A DNA stretch of 64,000 nt from the IMG/VR virus record IMGVR_UViG_3300010885_053065, positions 1 to 64,000 of that record; one strand, given 5' to 3'. Below, one piece after another: positions 28,858 through 39,535 of this stretch (within the stretch, counting starts at the first letter, position 1; the number at the start of each line of letters is the position of its first letter). This stretch comes from a virus. The notes below the pieces were generated by a model that saw only the letters and a program-made list of their open reading frames with translations, searched no databases and was not told where the DNA came from. The translations under genes were made by a program, and so were the position numbers.

Positions 28858-31800
28858 ATGCAATTAGAATTAAGCTTTTCTGGGACACTTACTGAAGGAA
28901 ATAAAACAATTCAAGTAGCCAAAATATTGCTTGAACTATTAAAGAAATCTATAAAAATAACAACAAAAGATTTACAAGAGTTAATGACTACTGCTTACGG
29001 TGGTAGCGATGCAGAAGGCTTATGGATATGGAAAGACGCTTATGAGGCTCTAGAATGTGCCTGTGTTTTATATATTAAGTATTTATATGAAATTAGGGCT
29101 CAAGCTATCTATGGAGATGCTAGAGATAATTTAAAGTTCTTTACAGAGTTAGAAAGTCTATTACCTACACACACTAGACGCTCTGCTGATCAACTAAATT
29201 ATCAGCAATTCTCTACTCCTTTACCTCTATCTGTATTGGTTATGGTAGCAGCAGAAATTAAAAAAGAAGATATTGTTTTAGAGCCTAGCGCTGGCAATGG
29301 ATTGTTAGGTGTTTGGGGTGATTTATGGGGAAAACAATTAATACTAAATGAGATTGACGATAACAGAAGAAATAACTTAACTAAACTTTTTCCTGATGCA
29401 AAAATATTTAATCATAATGCTGAACAGATAAACGATTATTTAGATTTGTCAATTACTCCTTCTGTCTGTTTAATTAACCCTCCTTTTTCTAGTGCTTTAA
29501 AGATAGAAAGACGTAGCCCTATTACTACGTGGAAACATATTACCTCTGCTTTAAATAGATTGCAGGATGGTGGCAGGCTTGTAGCGATTACTGCTGATTG
29601 GTGGTCAGAAGATAATCCTAAGTGGAAAGAACACTTTGAAGCACTAAAAGATACAAGTACAACTGTCTTTAGTATTCCTATTGCTGGTAAGTATTACTAC
29701 AAACATGGTACTAATATGGACACTAGATTAACTGTGATTGATAAAGTGCCAGACAATGGCAAGAGAAAAAGGTTTATCTATAGTTCAGATAGCGAATTTA
29801 AGTCTTTAAACGATATTCTTTCTAAGATACTTAAGCATTTACCTTTAAGGTGCGAGCTAGGCTCAATTGATCCTGTAGTAACAAAACAAGCTACTAAAAA
29901 GACTAAAGCTAAAGCAGTTGAACTAGTTAAATCAATTAAAGAGATTATTGATTGGAACAATATCGTTGAAGTTGAGTACACAGCTATAGAGAAATTAGCA
30001 CAATCAGAAGACTTACCAGAGGCTATCTACAGCACTTATAGACCACAGAGAATAGCAATCAAAGGAGCTAAAGAACATCCTTCTCCCTTGGTAGAATCTG
30101 CAGCCATGAACTCAGTTCTGCCTCCTTTACCGAGTTATCGACCCAAACTCCCTAAGCAAGTAATAGAACAAGGCATACTATCTGAACCACAATTAGAGAC
30201 AGTAATCTATGCAGGCGAGTCACACCAAAAGTTTTTAAGTTACTACTATCTAGTAGATAATACATTAGATAGTTTATTAATAACCTCAGAAACTACTACC
30301 GATGCAGTTAGATTTAGAAGAGGATATAGCTTAGGAGATGGTACAGGGGTAGGGAAGGGGAGACAAGTTAGTGGGATTATTTTAGATAATTGGCTACACG
30401 GTAGAAAAAAAGCTTTGTGGATATCTAAAAACGATACCTTACTAGAGGATGCTAGGAGAGATTTTAGTGCTTTAGGAGGGAATAAAGAACAGATAGTCCC
30501 TTTATCTAAATTTAAGCTAGGAGAGCCAATAAACCTAGAAGAGGGTGTGTTATTCCTAACTTACTCAACTCTCAGACAAGTAGAAAAGGGTGAGAAGATA
30601 TCTAGACTACAGCAGGTACTCAATTATCTGGGTAAAGACTTTGATGGCGTGATAATCTTTGATGAGTCTCATGCTATGGCTAACGCTACTTCAGAAAAAG
30701 CAGCTAGAGGTATTAAAGCACCATCTCAACAGGGTTTAGTAGGTTTAAGGATACAAAGAGCCTTACCTAACGCTAGAGTTGTCTACGTCTCTGCAACAGG
30801 TGCTAGTAAGCTTGAGAATTTAAGTTATATGGAAAGATTGGGGTTATGGGGTTCAGATAATGTTCCTTTTATTGATAGAGACGATTTTATTAATCACGTC
30901 TCTACAGGGGGTGTCGCTGCTGTAGAGGTAGTCGCTAGGGATCTTAAAGCTTTAGGTCTTTATACAGCAAGGTCTCTATCTTTTGAGGGAGTAGAGTATC
31001 AAGTATTAGAGCATGAACTAACTAGCCACCAAATAGAAGTTTATAACCAGTATGCAGATGCTTACAAAATAATACATACTAACATTAGAGATGCCTTAAA
31101 ACATATTAATGTTAACGACCAATTTGGTAAGGTTCGTAATGGTAGAGCTAGTTCTGCTGTCTATGCTGCCTTTGAAAATGCTAAACAAAGATTCTTTAGC
31201 CATGTACTTAGTAGCCTAAAGTCTAGTACTTTAATTAAAGCTATCGAGAAAGACTTAGAAAACGGATATTCAGCAATAATACAGGTTATTTCTACTGATG
31301 AAGCTTTACTGGATAGGAGACTCGCAGAGATACCGCCTAGTGAATGGAATGATATCAACGTAGATGTTACCCCTAGGGAGTACTTATTTGATTATCTTTA
31401 TAATGCTTTCCCTGTGCATCTTCATGAGGTCTACTCGGATGAAAATGGTAGGCAATATACTAGACAAGCTTTAGATGAAAACGGTAATCTGGTATTATCT
31501 CAATCAGCTTTAAAAGCAAGGGACGCTCTAATCAAAGAACTAGCCTACCTACCTCCTATCCATTCTCTATTAGATCAGGTAATTCATTATTTTGGGGCTA
31601 AACAGGTAGCAGAGATTACAGGTAGAACTAAGAGGATATTAAGAGAAGAGGATAGACTCTTTATTGATAAAAGACCTTCTAACGCTAATATAGCTGAGAC
31701 TCAAGCCTTCCAAGATGATCACAAAAAGATTCTTATTTTCTCTAACGCTGGCAGTACTGGCAGGTCTTACCATGCTGAGATGAGTGCTAAAAACCAAAGA

Positions 31801-33150
31801 TTAAGAAAACACTATATCTGTGAGTTTGGATGGGAAGCACATGTCACAGTACAGGGTTTAGGTAGAACAAATAGAAGTAATCAGAAACAACCTCCTATTT
31901 ATATCCTTGTTACCACAGATGTTAAGGGAGAAAAAAGATTTACTAGTAGTATTGCTAAAAGATTGGATACCTTAGGAGCTATAACCAAGGGAGAGAGAAA
32001 GACAGGTGGTCAAGGGTTGTTTAGAGAATCAGATAATTTAGAGTCTTTGTATGCTAAAACTGCACTAACTAATCTCTATAGAACGCTTAATTGGGGAGGT
32101 TTGAATTGTATCAAGTTGAAAGAGTTTCAAGACCTAACGGGACTGAGACTACAAACCGAAGACGGCATCGTTCTAGAGGAACAGCCACCAATGAAAACTT
32201 TTCTTAATCGTATTCTGGCTACTCCTATCGAGTTTCAGAACGATATTATGTCAGAATTACAAGCGAGAATCGATACCAATATAGAGCAAGCGATAGAGTC
32301 TGGTAGCTACGACATTGGTGTAGAGGTCATACGTGCTCATAAGATGTCTGTATTAGACAAGATAGAGATTTATAAAGATAAAAATAGTAATGCAGCCACA
32401 TATGCACTCAAGATAGAGCGTACAAATAAAGTTAATTTCAACACCTTTGAGTACGCTAAAGACTTAGTAGAAGGGAATCAAGGCGGTTATATTCACAACG
32501 ATACTACTAAGAAGGTTGCTGTATTACTTCCTACAAATAGTATTGTTGATAAAAATGGTGACAATATTGAAAGGTTTAAACTTGTTACTCCTACTTGGGA
32601 AAGAAAAATTAGTCAAAGCGAGTATAGAAAGACTAGTTGGGGTGGCATTGGCTCAATTAATCTCTTTAAGGATTTGTGGGAAAAAGAGCTATCAGAAAAA
32701 CAAGAGTACAAAGTAGATACTTTCTTTGTTATTACTGGTTTACTGTTGCCTATTTGGAAGAAACTAGATCAATCAAATCTTAAGGTTTATAGACTTAATA
32801 TCGGTAATAGTGAGCAGTTTCTAGGGAGATTAATTGAGCCTAGAGTGTGGGAAATTATCTCAGAGACCTTTGGAGTGAACTACAAGCTTACAGGTGCTGA
32901 AATCTATAGAATATGGCAGCATCCAGGTAGTTTTACGCCAATCAGCCTAACTTACGCAATTAAGCTAAAACAATCAGTTGTCTCTGGCTTAAAGAGAATG
33001 GAGTTGATCGGGAACTTTACTCCAAAGGATTACGAAAAACTAGAGGCTATAGGATGTTTCTTAGAGATAGTTCAGTATAGACCTAGAATATTTATTCCTA
33101 CTACAGAAGCTTGTATTCCAATAATCGACAAGATTAGAAACAATGCTTAA
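28858..33150 (+). CDS. Strawberry-notch family methyltransferase-helicase fusion
   Basis: QQFSTP, VLEPSAGNG, NPPF, GDGTGVGKGR, DESH, SATGA, QGLGRTNR. Confidence 0.9.
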   Translation: MQLELSFSGTLTEGNKTIQVAKILLELLKKSIKITTKDLQELMTTAYGGSDAEGLWIWKDAYEALECACVLYIKYLYEIRAQAIYGDARDNLKFFTELESLLPTHTRRSADQLNYQQFSTPLPLSVLVMVAAEIKKEDIVLEPSAGNGLLGVWGDLWGKQLILNEIDDNRRNNLTKLFPDAKIFNHNAEQINDYLDLSITPSVCLINPPFSSALKIERRSPITTWKHITSALNRLQDGGRLVAITADWWSEDNPKWKEHFEALKDTSTTVFSIPIAGKYYYKHGTNMDTRLTVIDKVPDNGKRKRFIYSSDSEFKSLNDILSKILKHLPLRCELGSIDPVVTKQATKKTKAKAVELVKSIKEIIDWNNIVEVEYTAIEKLAQSEDLPEAIYSTYRPQRIAIKGAKEHPSPLVESAAMNSVLPPLPSYRPKLPKQVIEQGILSEPQLETVIYAGESHQKFLSYYYLVDNTLDSLLITSETTTDAVRFRRGYSLGDGTGVGKGRQVSGIILDNWLHGRKKALWISKNDTLLEDARRDFSALGGNKEQIVPLSKFKLGEPINLEEGVLFLTYSTLRQVEKGEKISRLQQVLNYLGKDFDGVIIFDESHAMANATSEKAARGIKAPSQQGLVGLRIQRALPNARVVYVSATGASKLENLSYMERLGLWGSDNVPFIDRDDFINHVSTGGVAAVEVVARDLKALGLYTARSLSFEGVEYQVLEHELTSHQIEVYNQYADAYKIIHTNIRDALKHINVNDQFGKVRNGRASSAVYAAFENAKQRFFSHVLSSLKSSTLIKAIEKDLENGYSAIIQVISTDEALLDRRLAEIPPSEWNDINVDVTPREYLFDYLYNAFPVHLHEVYSDENGRQYTRQALDENGNLVLSQSALKARDALIKELAYLPPIHSLLDQVIHYFGAKQVAEITGRTKRILREEDRLFIDKRPSNANIAETQAFQDDHKKILIFSNAGSTGRSYHAEMSAKNQRLRKHYICEFGWEAHVTVQGLGRTNRSNQKQPPIYILVTTDVKGEKRFTSSIAKRLDTLGAITKGERKTGGQGLFRESDNLESLYAKTALTNLYRTLNWGGLNCIKLKEFQDLTGLRLQTEDGIVLEEQPPMKTFLNRILATPIEFQNDIMSELQARIDTNIEQAIESGSYDIGVEVIRAHKMSVLDKIEIYKDKNSNAATYALKIERTNKVNFNTFEYAKDLVEGNQGGYIHNDTTKKVAVLLPTNSIVDKNGDNIERFKLVTPTWERKISQSEYRKTSWGGIGSINLFKDLWEKELSEKQEYKVDTFFVITGLLLPIWKKLDQSNLKVYRLNIGNSEQFLGRLIEPRVWEIISETFGVNYKLTGAEIYRIWQHPGSFTPISLTYAIKLKQSVVSGLKRMELIGNFTPKDYEKLEAIGCFLEIVQYRPRIFIPTTEACIPIIDKIRNNA

Positions 33151-33249
33151 ACAAAAAGGAGGTGTCACTACCTCCTTAAAAATTCCTTTACCTGTGTCTT
33201 AGTACTAATATTGATTTAGTTCTATTTTCCAGATTACTAATATTTTAAC

Positions 33250-34356
33250 TTATTTGATAATACTTACTGGCATAACCAAGAATATCGTTTTACTACTATC
33301 AAGAGGTTCAATGATCACGGGACTAACTGGTGTATTCAGACTAAACCTTACTGAGTCAGAAAGCATTGTCTTTAGTCCGTCTATTAAGTACTTACAGTTG
33401 AACCCTACCTTGATATCATTCCCACTAAGTTCTATTGCTAGACTATCCTCTCCTTTACCTATATCCTGTCCCTCAGCAGAGATAGTTAGTTTTTCTTCCA
33501 CAAAACTAAAGACGGTTAAGTGATTACCTTGATTAACAATAGTAGAGACTAACTCTAGCTTTCTGATTAACTCCTTTCTAGGAATTGTGGCAGTAGTAGT
33601 AAAAGATTTAGGGATTAACTGTTGATAAGCAGGGTATTTGCCTTGTAACACACGTCCAATAACTGTATAGTCACCACAAGTAAAAAAGGTTGTAGACTCG
33701 TTAATTTTAAGATAGATATTCTCTTCTCCCTTACACTCACTTAAGACTTTTTCTAGTGTCTTAATTGTGTGTAGAGAAATAGTAACGGGTTTAGCTGTAT
33801 CTCCTAAATCATGCTCTATTCTTGTAACACTCAACCTGTGTGAGTCAGTTGCAGCAAACTCTACACTATCTAATTCAGGTTTGATATGTATCCCTGTTAA
33901 AATCATTTTTGTCTCTTCAGTACTAGCAGCAAAAGAAACAGCTTTTAGAGACTCTGTAAACTCAACTAACGGGATAAAAATTGACTCACTTTCAGGAACA
34001 TCTGGAAACTCAGGATAATCTGTAGCTGGCATTGTGCCGATATCAAAGTGACCTGATTCAGTGGTAATAGTCGCTCTATTATCTTTTATTTCAATCGTTA
34101 TTTCTTCAGATTGAAGTTTACTAATAATGTTATTTAATATAGTTGCAGGAATAGTAATTAAACCCGATTCTTGTGTAATTGATTGGATTGAAGTTTTAAT
34201 TCCAATCACAGTATCAAAACCAATTATTGTTAATTTGTCTTCTGTCGCCTCTATAAAAAAATTATTCAGTATAGGATGAGTAGCACGGCTAGGGACAGCC
34301 GTGCCAACTATAGATAAAGCCTTTTTAAAACTAGTTTGGTTAACGGTAAACTTCAC
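33250..34356 (-). CDS. dnaN: DNA polymerase III beta sliding clamp
   Basis: PSRATHPIL, AATDSHRL, YPAYQQLIP, FNCKYLIDGL, LVMPV. Confidence 0.95.
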   Translation of the reverse strand: MKFTVNQTSFKKALSIVGTAVPSRATHPILNNFFIEATEDKLTIIGFDTVIGIKTSIQSITQESGLITIPATILNNIISKLQSEEITIEIKDNRATITTESGHFDIGTMPATDYPEFPDVPESESIFIPLVEFTESLKAVSFAASTEETKMILTGIHIKPELDSVEFAATDSHRLSVTRIEHDLGDTAKPVTISLHTIKTLEKVLSECKGEENIYLKINESTTFFTCGDYTVIGRVLQGKYPAYQQLIPKSFTTTATIPRKELIRKLELVSTIVNQGNHLTVFSFVEEKLTISAEGQDIGKGEDSLAIELSGNDIKVGFNCKYLIDGLKTMLSDSVRFSLNTPVSPVIIEPLDSSKTIFLVMPVSIIK

Positions 34357-34557
34357 TCTGAATACTCCTTAATTTCCTTACAATTTTAACAAAAACTATA
34401 TTTGCTTCTAATAGATAAGGCTCAATTACTCCTACCAAAATTAACTTATTTTTGCCAACAAAACTTTTTCTCTAACAGGAAATGGAGATTAAGTAGCTTA
34501 TTGATTTTTAGACATAAAAATAGACTAGTACTAAAACCGAAGGCTAGACCCCTCTTG

Positions 34558-34938
34558 TAGAGCACATCCCACTGCTCGCACGTTCTGTGCGTGCGCAGTC
34601 TTCTGCTAGCACAAATTATCGCTCGCACAGGATCAGCAGACATATAAATACGATATATATACAAATAAGAAAAATAACAAACAACAAGATCCGGAGCAGC
34701 AGTTGCTTTTGATTTTTAAAATTAATTAAATTCCTATAACCAATTAAAATACTCTCTAACTCACTTAAATTTGAGCTACAAGACGGGTAAATACACCTAA
34801 CTTACTCTTTCTACCAAAAAGAAATAAATAAGCCCCATAGACCAAATTTAAGTGAAATTAGAATCAGTAGGACTTATTTACTTGTTAAGTTGTCTTTTTC
34901 TTAATTAAGTTTTTAATGGTCGGCTGGTGCTTTTGTTT
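34558..34938. repeat. Dispersed non-coding repeat, copy 2 (partial)
   Basis: Direct match to ~54490-54869. Confidence 0.93.
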
Positions 34939-34984
34939 TATAGTAAATGTGCTCAATAAACATTTTTATTTATAGTCTAAACAC

Positions 34985-35013
34985 TTGACACTCACCCAAT
35001 AAAATGTTATACT
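34985..35013 (+). promoter_or_regulatory. Sigma70-type promoter
   Basis: TTGACA-17-TATACT. Confidence 0.8.
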
Positions 35014-35091
35014 GTATGTATACAAAAGGTTAAGAAATGACTTAACCAAGCACCTAGAAAACTTAACCATAAAAACAAAGGAGACAAAATC

Positions 35092-35394
35092 ATGCTTCAG
35101 TTTCTAATGATCGATGTAGTTAACATTAGTTCCAAAGTTTCAAGAGAAATCTTTCCTGAGACTGAGTTAGAAAAAATGGCTAACATTATTCTTCAGACAG
35201 GCGGTCTTCTAAGACCTCTAATTTTAAAGAAAGTAGGGTTTGAAAAGTACGAAGTTGTAGACGGACATTTTGAATACTACGCTTCCCTCAAAGCATTTGA
35301 AAAAGACATCGTTAAGGGAGAGATGGTTAACTCCTTTATCCTAGAAGAAAAACAAATAGAGCCAGCCAAAGAGCAAATAGCTCAATGGTTCTAA
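35092..35394 (+). CDS. Stand-alone ParB-like N-terminal domain
   Basis: GGLLRPLIL…YEVVDGHFEY. Confidence 0.7.
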   Translation: MLQFLMIDVVNISSKVSREIFPETELEKMANIILQTGGLLRPLILKKVGFEKYEVVDGHFEYYASLKAFEKDIVKGEMVNSFILEEKQIEPAKEQIAQWF

Positions 35395-35399
35395 TACTA

Positions 35400-35428
35400 A
35401 AAGAGAGGCTTTTCAACCTCTCTTTTTT
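35400..35428 (+). terminator. Rho-independent terminator
   Basis: AAAAGAGAGG…CCTCTCTTTTTT. Confidence 0.75.
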
Positions 35429-35499
35429 ACTGCCCGTAAAAATACTAATTTACTTTAGTAAATGTGCTCAATAAACATTTTTATTTATAGTCTAAACAC

Positions 35500-35528
35500 T
35501 TGACATTTACCCAAATAATTGTTATATT
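35500..35528 (+). promoter_or_regulatory. Sigma70-type promoter
   Basis: TTGACA-17-TATATT within a duplicated upstream block. Confidence 0.8.
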
Positions 35529-35593
35529 AAGTATATAAGGTTAAGAAATTAACCAGCACCTAGAAAAACAAATAAAACAAAGGAGACAAACCG

Positions 35594-36022
35594 ATGGAAG
35601 CGCTAGAAATGTTAACCCAAGCTGTTCTATTTTTGATTAACTCTTGTGATGGATGCCGTTCTCAGGATGGTAAAGGTTTTGACCGAACAGACCTTTACAA
35701 GTCAAGAGGAATAAAAGCAGAGATAGAAGAAAATGGGTACATTACCGAAAACAGTTTAATCTGGGCTAAGAAGGTGGTAGTCAAATACCACAGACAGCTA
35801 ACAAACTTCGATCTCAAGCTGATGCTACAAGCTGAGAAAAAGCCCAGAAAGATTCAAACTCTTGAGTACGATTCCAGAAGGAAACACCTCTGTGTAATCT
35901 ACCCATGTGGTGATTACCGGATGTATAAGACACCTGAGCTACCAGAGTCTCTAATAGAAGAAGCCAGAGAAATCTGGCGAAGAGCAAAAAGAGAGGAAAT
36001 TCCAATCTTAATCTTTGACTAA
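35594..36022 (+). CDS. Hypothetical protein
   Basis: AAGGAG RBS, CDG…DGKGF motif, terminator follows. Confidence 0.65.
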   Translation: MEALEMLTQAVLFLINSCDGCRSQDGKGFDRTDLYKSRGIKAEIEENGYITENSLIWAKKVVVKYHRQLTNFDLKLMLQAEKKPRKIQTLEYDSRRKHLCVIYPCGDYRMYKTPELPESLIEEAREIWRRAKREEIPILIFD

Positions 36023-36055
36023 AAACAAAAGCACTCAGAAACGGGTGCTTTTTTC

Positions 36056-36502
36056 ATGCCCACAATTATGTTATTATTCGATCAAAAAGGAGATAGAGCC
36101 ATGACGGTAGACAGAAAGCCATGTCCTCACTGTGGTAGTGAAAATGTTCGTAAGAACGGGGTTAACGACTCTGGTAACCCTAGATTATTTTGTAAGGATT
36201 GTAGAAAGAGTTTCTCTTTGATTGACGGAAAAACGATGATCACAGAGATTTTATGGAAACCCAAGAAAGATCTATACGACGAGGGCAAGAAACCATGTCC
36301 TCATTGTGGTAGTGGCAATATTAGTAAAAAAGGTAAGGATGAGTCAGGTAACCCTAGACTAGTTTGTAACGACTGTAAAAGGCAGTTCTCTTTAGAGGTA
36401 AACCCAAAGGGAGCTAAGACTATACTTCCAGATAGACCTCTAACTGGTTACGAAAGAGTAAAGAGATGTTTAGAAAAGAAAAAAAGTTTGAAAAATCTTT
36501 AA
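36056..36502 (+). CDS. Tandem InsA-like Zn-ribbon protein
   Basis: Two CPHCGS…KxG…SGNPRLxCxDC repeats. Start is probably 36101. Confidence 0.75.
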   Translation: MPTIMLLFDQKGDRAMTVDRKPCPHCGSENVRKNGVNDSGNPRLFCKDCRKSFSLIDGKTMITEILWKPKKDLYDEGKKPCPHCGSGNISKKGKDESGNPRLVCNDCKRQFSLEVNPKGAKTILPDRPLTGYERVKRCLEKKKSLKNL

Positions 36503-36598
36503 AAGTTCAGTGTTTATACGGATACACAAATAAAAATATCGGGTTATTATAAGAGTATAGAAAAACAAAAAAGCCGAGAGGCTAAAGGAGACAAGCAA

Positions 36599-36871
36599 AT
36601 GACTACTAAATTTTATGGCAATTCTACCGAAACTTATTGTGTAGTTGAAGGAAAAATCTACTTAATTCAATCAGTAGATCAACCAATCTTTACTCCAATT
36701 GACTACACTAACTGGGGTATGCCTCACAATGTGGAAGAAGTAGTTGACTTAAAAAATGATTCAGATTTTGTTGAAATCGTTAAAATGTGCGAAGATCCAT
36801 CTTATGAACGTGAAGATTTATATCAATTCCATGTCGGAACAACCTTTCAGACTATTCCACTAACTAAATAA
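36599..36871 (+). CDS. Hypothetical cassette protein
   Basis: Preceded by a duplicated promoter/RBS block. Confidence 0.65.
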   Translation: MTTKFYGNSTETYCVVEGKIYLIQSVDQPIFTPIDYTNWGMPHNVEEVVDLKNDSDFVEIVKMCEDPSYEREDLYQFHVGTTFQTIPLTK

Positions 36872-37060
36872 TTTTCCTTCATTCGTTCCCCTAGAGCTTT
36901 AACTCTAGGGGATTTTGTTATATGTATTATCCTGTAAAGTTCAGAAAGAAAAAACTACAAAATCTATAAAAGTTCAGTATTTATACGGATACACAAATAA
37001 AAATATCGGGTTATTATAAGAGTATAGAAAAACAAAAGCCGAGAGGCTAAAGGAGACAAG

Positions 37061-37414
37061 TTGACTAACGCAACTACAGCTATTCAATATTTCACAGTTG
37101 AATTTTACGGAACAGAACTAACAGCCGCTATTGATTACGAAGAAAAAGTGATCGGTTTAACAGACCCCGATCAAGTAGCAAATACAATTGATGGTATACT
37201 CGAAGAAAAAGGAATAAAAGAAACAATTGAGATAATCGACGACGAAACACAACAATCTTTTATTATTGAAAACCAAGAGTATGAGCACGCTCTAGACATT
37301 CTAAGACAAGAGTTATTTGAAAGCTTCGAGGCTTACGTCCTCAACCGATTTGGTTTTACTTTAGAACCAGATAATTGCATTCTTGAATCAGGAATACCTG
37401 ACTACCATTTCTAA
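37061..37414 (+). CDS. Hypothetical acidic cassette protein
   Basis: Same upstream block as the 36599 ORF. Confidence 0.65.
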   Translation: MTNATTAIQYFTVEFYGTELTAAIDYEEKVIGLTDPDQVANTIDGILEEKGIKETIEIIDDETQQSFIIENQEYEHALDILRQELFESFEAYVLNRFGFTLEPDNCILESGIPDYHF

Positions 37415-37462
37415 AAATAGTTAATTAACCTCCCCTAGAGTTGACTCTAGGGGTTTTGTTAT

Positions 37463-38044
37463 ATGTATTATCCTGTAGAGTTCAGAAAGAAAATACTAGA
37501 ATACTGGTTAGCCACTAACAAAAGCTGTAGACAGATTGGTAGAGAGTTTGGTGTGTCTGGCTCCTTTGTTGCTGATCTTGTTAATAGATATCAAGAGGCA
37601 GGCAATATTGATATAAAACCTTTTAAACCAAATAAAAAGAGTGCCTTAACTGAGGAACAAATTGATATTTTAATAGGCTTGATGATTGATTATTATGACA
37701 AACCTATCCCTTGGATTAAAGAAAAGTTTTTACAAGACACGGGAGTAGATTTTGCTAATGCAAGCATTCAGTATTATAGAGACAAGCTAAAGGGAAAGTA
37801 TGGAGCAATTGAATCTAAGAGGGTTCTACCCGAATCAGATCTCCCTACAAACCTTGACTCAACCAATCAGTTACAGCAGGGAAAGTGGAAATTAACATCA
37901 AAAGAGAAAGATATTTTAAAAGAAATAATAACTAGTAATCCAGATTCCAAGCTAAGAGAAATAGTTAGTTTTTTTAAACTGAAGACTGGTAAGGAGATTA
38001 CTACAGGTGCGGTTTGCTACTACAGGAAGAGGATTAACTCCTAA
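37463..38044 (+). CDS. HTH protein (IS630 N-domain-like, no catalytic domain)
   Basis: YPVEFRKKIL…SCRQIGREFGVS. Confidence 0.65.
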   Translation: MYYPVEFRKKILEYWLATNKSCRQIGREFGVSGSFVADLVNRYQEAGNIDIKPFKPNKKSALTEEQIDILIGLMIDYYDKPIPWIKEKFLQDTGVDFANASIQYYRDKLKGKYGAIESKRVLPESDLPTNLDSTNQLQQGKWKLTSKEKDILKEIITSNPDSKLREIVSFFKLKTGKEITTGAVCYYRKRINS

Positions 38045-38909
38045 CTTACAGTTAGTTAAAATATTAAAGTACACTAGCTTAATATTTATGGTTTTCCTGC
38101 CTTGGTGCAGAGCAGCACTTATCACAAGAACTGATGGGGTTACGGTATCTGTAACTGACTTTGACGATCAGTTTACTTACAACGGAAATGATTACAGTCC
38201 AATAAATAGTATAGCTGCAACTGCTGTAAATCAATCTCAAGAGCTTACACCTAGCAATATAGAGGTTGTGACAATAATCTCTGATATTTTCACAGAACAA
38301 GATTTATTACTAGATAGATACTACAACGCTACGATTGAGATATTTATCTACGACTGGATGGCTGGAACAAAGGTTAAAACGCTTTTCCTAGGCTATTTAG
38401 GAGAGGTAGGAATTGACTATGACCGCAATGGTGCACACAAGTTTACTATTAAAGCTCAGTCCTTAGCAATGCGACTAGAACAGAAAAACACACTAGTCAC
38501 AACACGTAATTGTAGACACGTCTTTGCTGAGAACAAACCAGGTTCTTGTAGGTTAAATATTAGCTCTAGTCAAGCTAGTTATACTGTTGCCAGTGTTCCA
38601 GATAGTGCTAGTATACAAGTTAATTCAATTGGACAAATTGATAGTTACTATAGGCTTGGTAAATTAACTTTTACTTCGGGAGTCTTGAACGGAATTTCAA
38701 ACAGTATTAGCTCTCACGATAATCAAACCTTTACCCTATCTTTACCTTATCTATATCTCCCTTCTGTAGGAGACACTTTTGTAGTCAATATAGGTTGCAA
38801 CAAAACCCTAGCTAGGTGTGTAGAATTAGGTAACGTATTAAATTATGGTGGATTCCCTTATCTACCTGGTTGGAATTTAGTTATTCAAGGAAGTACTACA
38901 CAGCTATGA
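38007..38909 (+). CDS. Baseplate hub / tail protein (DUF2163, BR0599-like)
   Basis: ITRTDG…TDFD, GCNKTLARC…NVLNYGGFPYLPG. Start is probably 38088. Confidence 0.85.
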   Translation: MRFATTGRGLTPNLQLVKILKYTSLIFMVFLPWCRAALITRTDGVTVSVTDFDDQFTYNGNDYSPINSIAATAVNQSQELTPSNIEVVTIISDIFTEQDLLLDRYYNATIEIFIYDWMAGTKVKTLFLGYLGEVGIDYDRNGAHKFTIKAQSLAMRLEQKNTLVTTRNCRHVFAENKPGSCRLNISSSQASYTVASVPDSASIQVNSIGQIDSYYRLGKLTFTSGVLNGISNSISSHDNQTFTLSLPYLYLPSVGDTFVVNIGCNKTLARCVELGNVLNYGGFPYLPGWNLVIQGSTTQL

Positions 38910-39265
38910 CACAAGAAATAATGCAAAGAGTCTTTAACAGGAAGAAATACACTTGTTGGGAAGAGTTTTATTCTGACGATTCTCTAGAACTACTCAAGCA
39001 CTACATATCTGTCAAGAAGCACAATCCCGAAGACTTAGTATTGATGTTCAATGAGCAGATTGAGAAAATAAGCAAGATATTGTCAGCCCATTTTAATAAT
39101 TATCTGAATCCAGACGCTACCAAAGAGTTAAAGAGGATGATTAGTAACGACTCTAAACATCTTATTAAGCAACGAAAAGTTTACAGAGAGATGGTTACGT
39201 ATCTTGAAGAGAAGGTGATACCTCAGGTAAAAAAGTCCCTAGTTCTAGAGAGTATGTCAGCCTAA
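38870..39265 (+). CDS. Hypothetical protein
   Basis: Likely starts at ATG 38906. Confidence 0.55.
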   Translation: MEFSYSRKYYTAMTQEIMQRVFNRKKYTCWEEFYSDDSLELLKHYISVKKHNPEDLVLMFNEQIEKISKILSAHFNNYLNPDATKELKRMISNDSKHLIKQRKVYREMVTYLEEKVIPQVKKSLVLESMSA

Positions 39266-39535
39266 CTCCTAGACAAGTTTGTTACTCAGAAATTGTTGTT
39301 AAATTAGCTAAAGATTATTATGCAATTACTGACAATACTGATGTTATTTTTGATGTTTTAATTAAACAGATTGCCAAGATTGAAAACATAATAATTCAAC
39401 TGTGGGATGCTCGTGAAAACGAGGCTGTGGCTAATCAGATAACCTATATGGAGCAATCTAAAGCTGTTTATTATTCTGTTATGAATTACGTTTTAGAGCA
39501 CTACGTTAAGTGACAAATTGAAGTTATTTGTTATG

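Noticed and set aside
34446-34664. 72-aa ORF within the dispersed repeat
   Set aside because: The frame is not preserved in the other two copies.
36056-38044. IS1 or IS630 elements
   Set aside because: Only Zn-ribbon and HTH domains are present, with no DDE catalytic domain or terminal inverted repeats seen.
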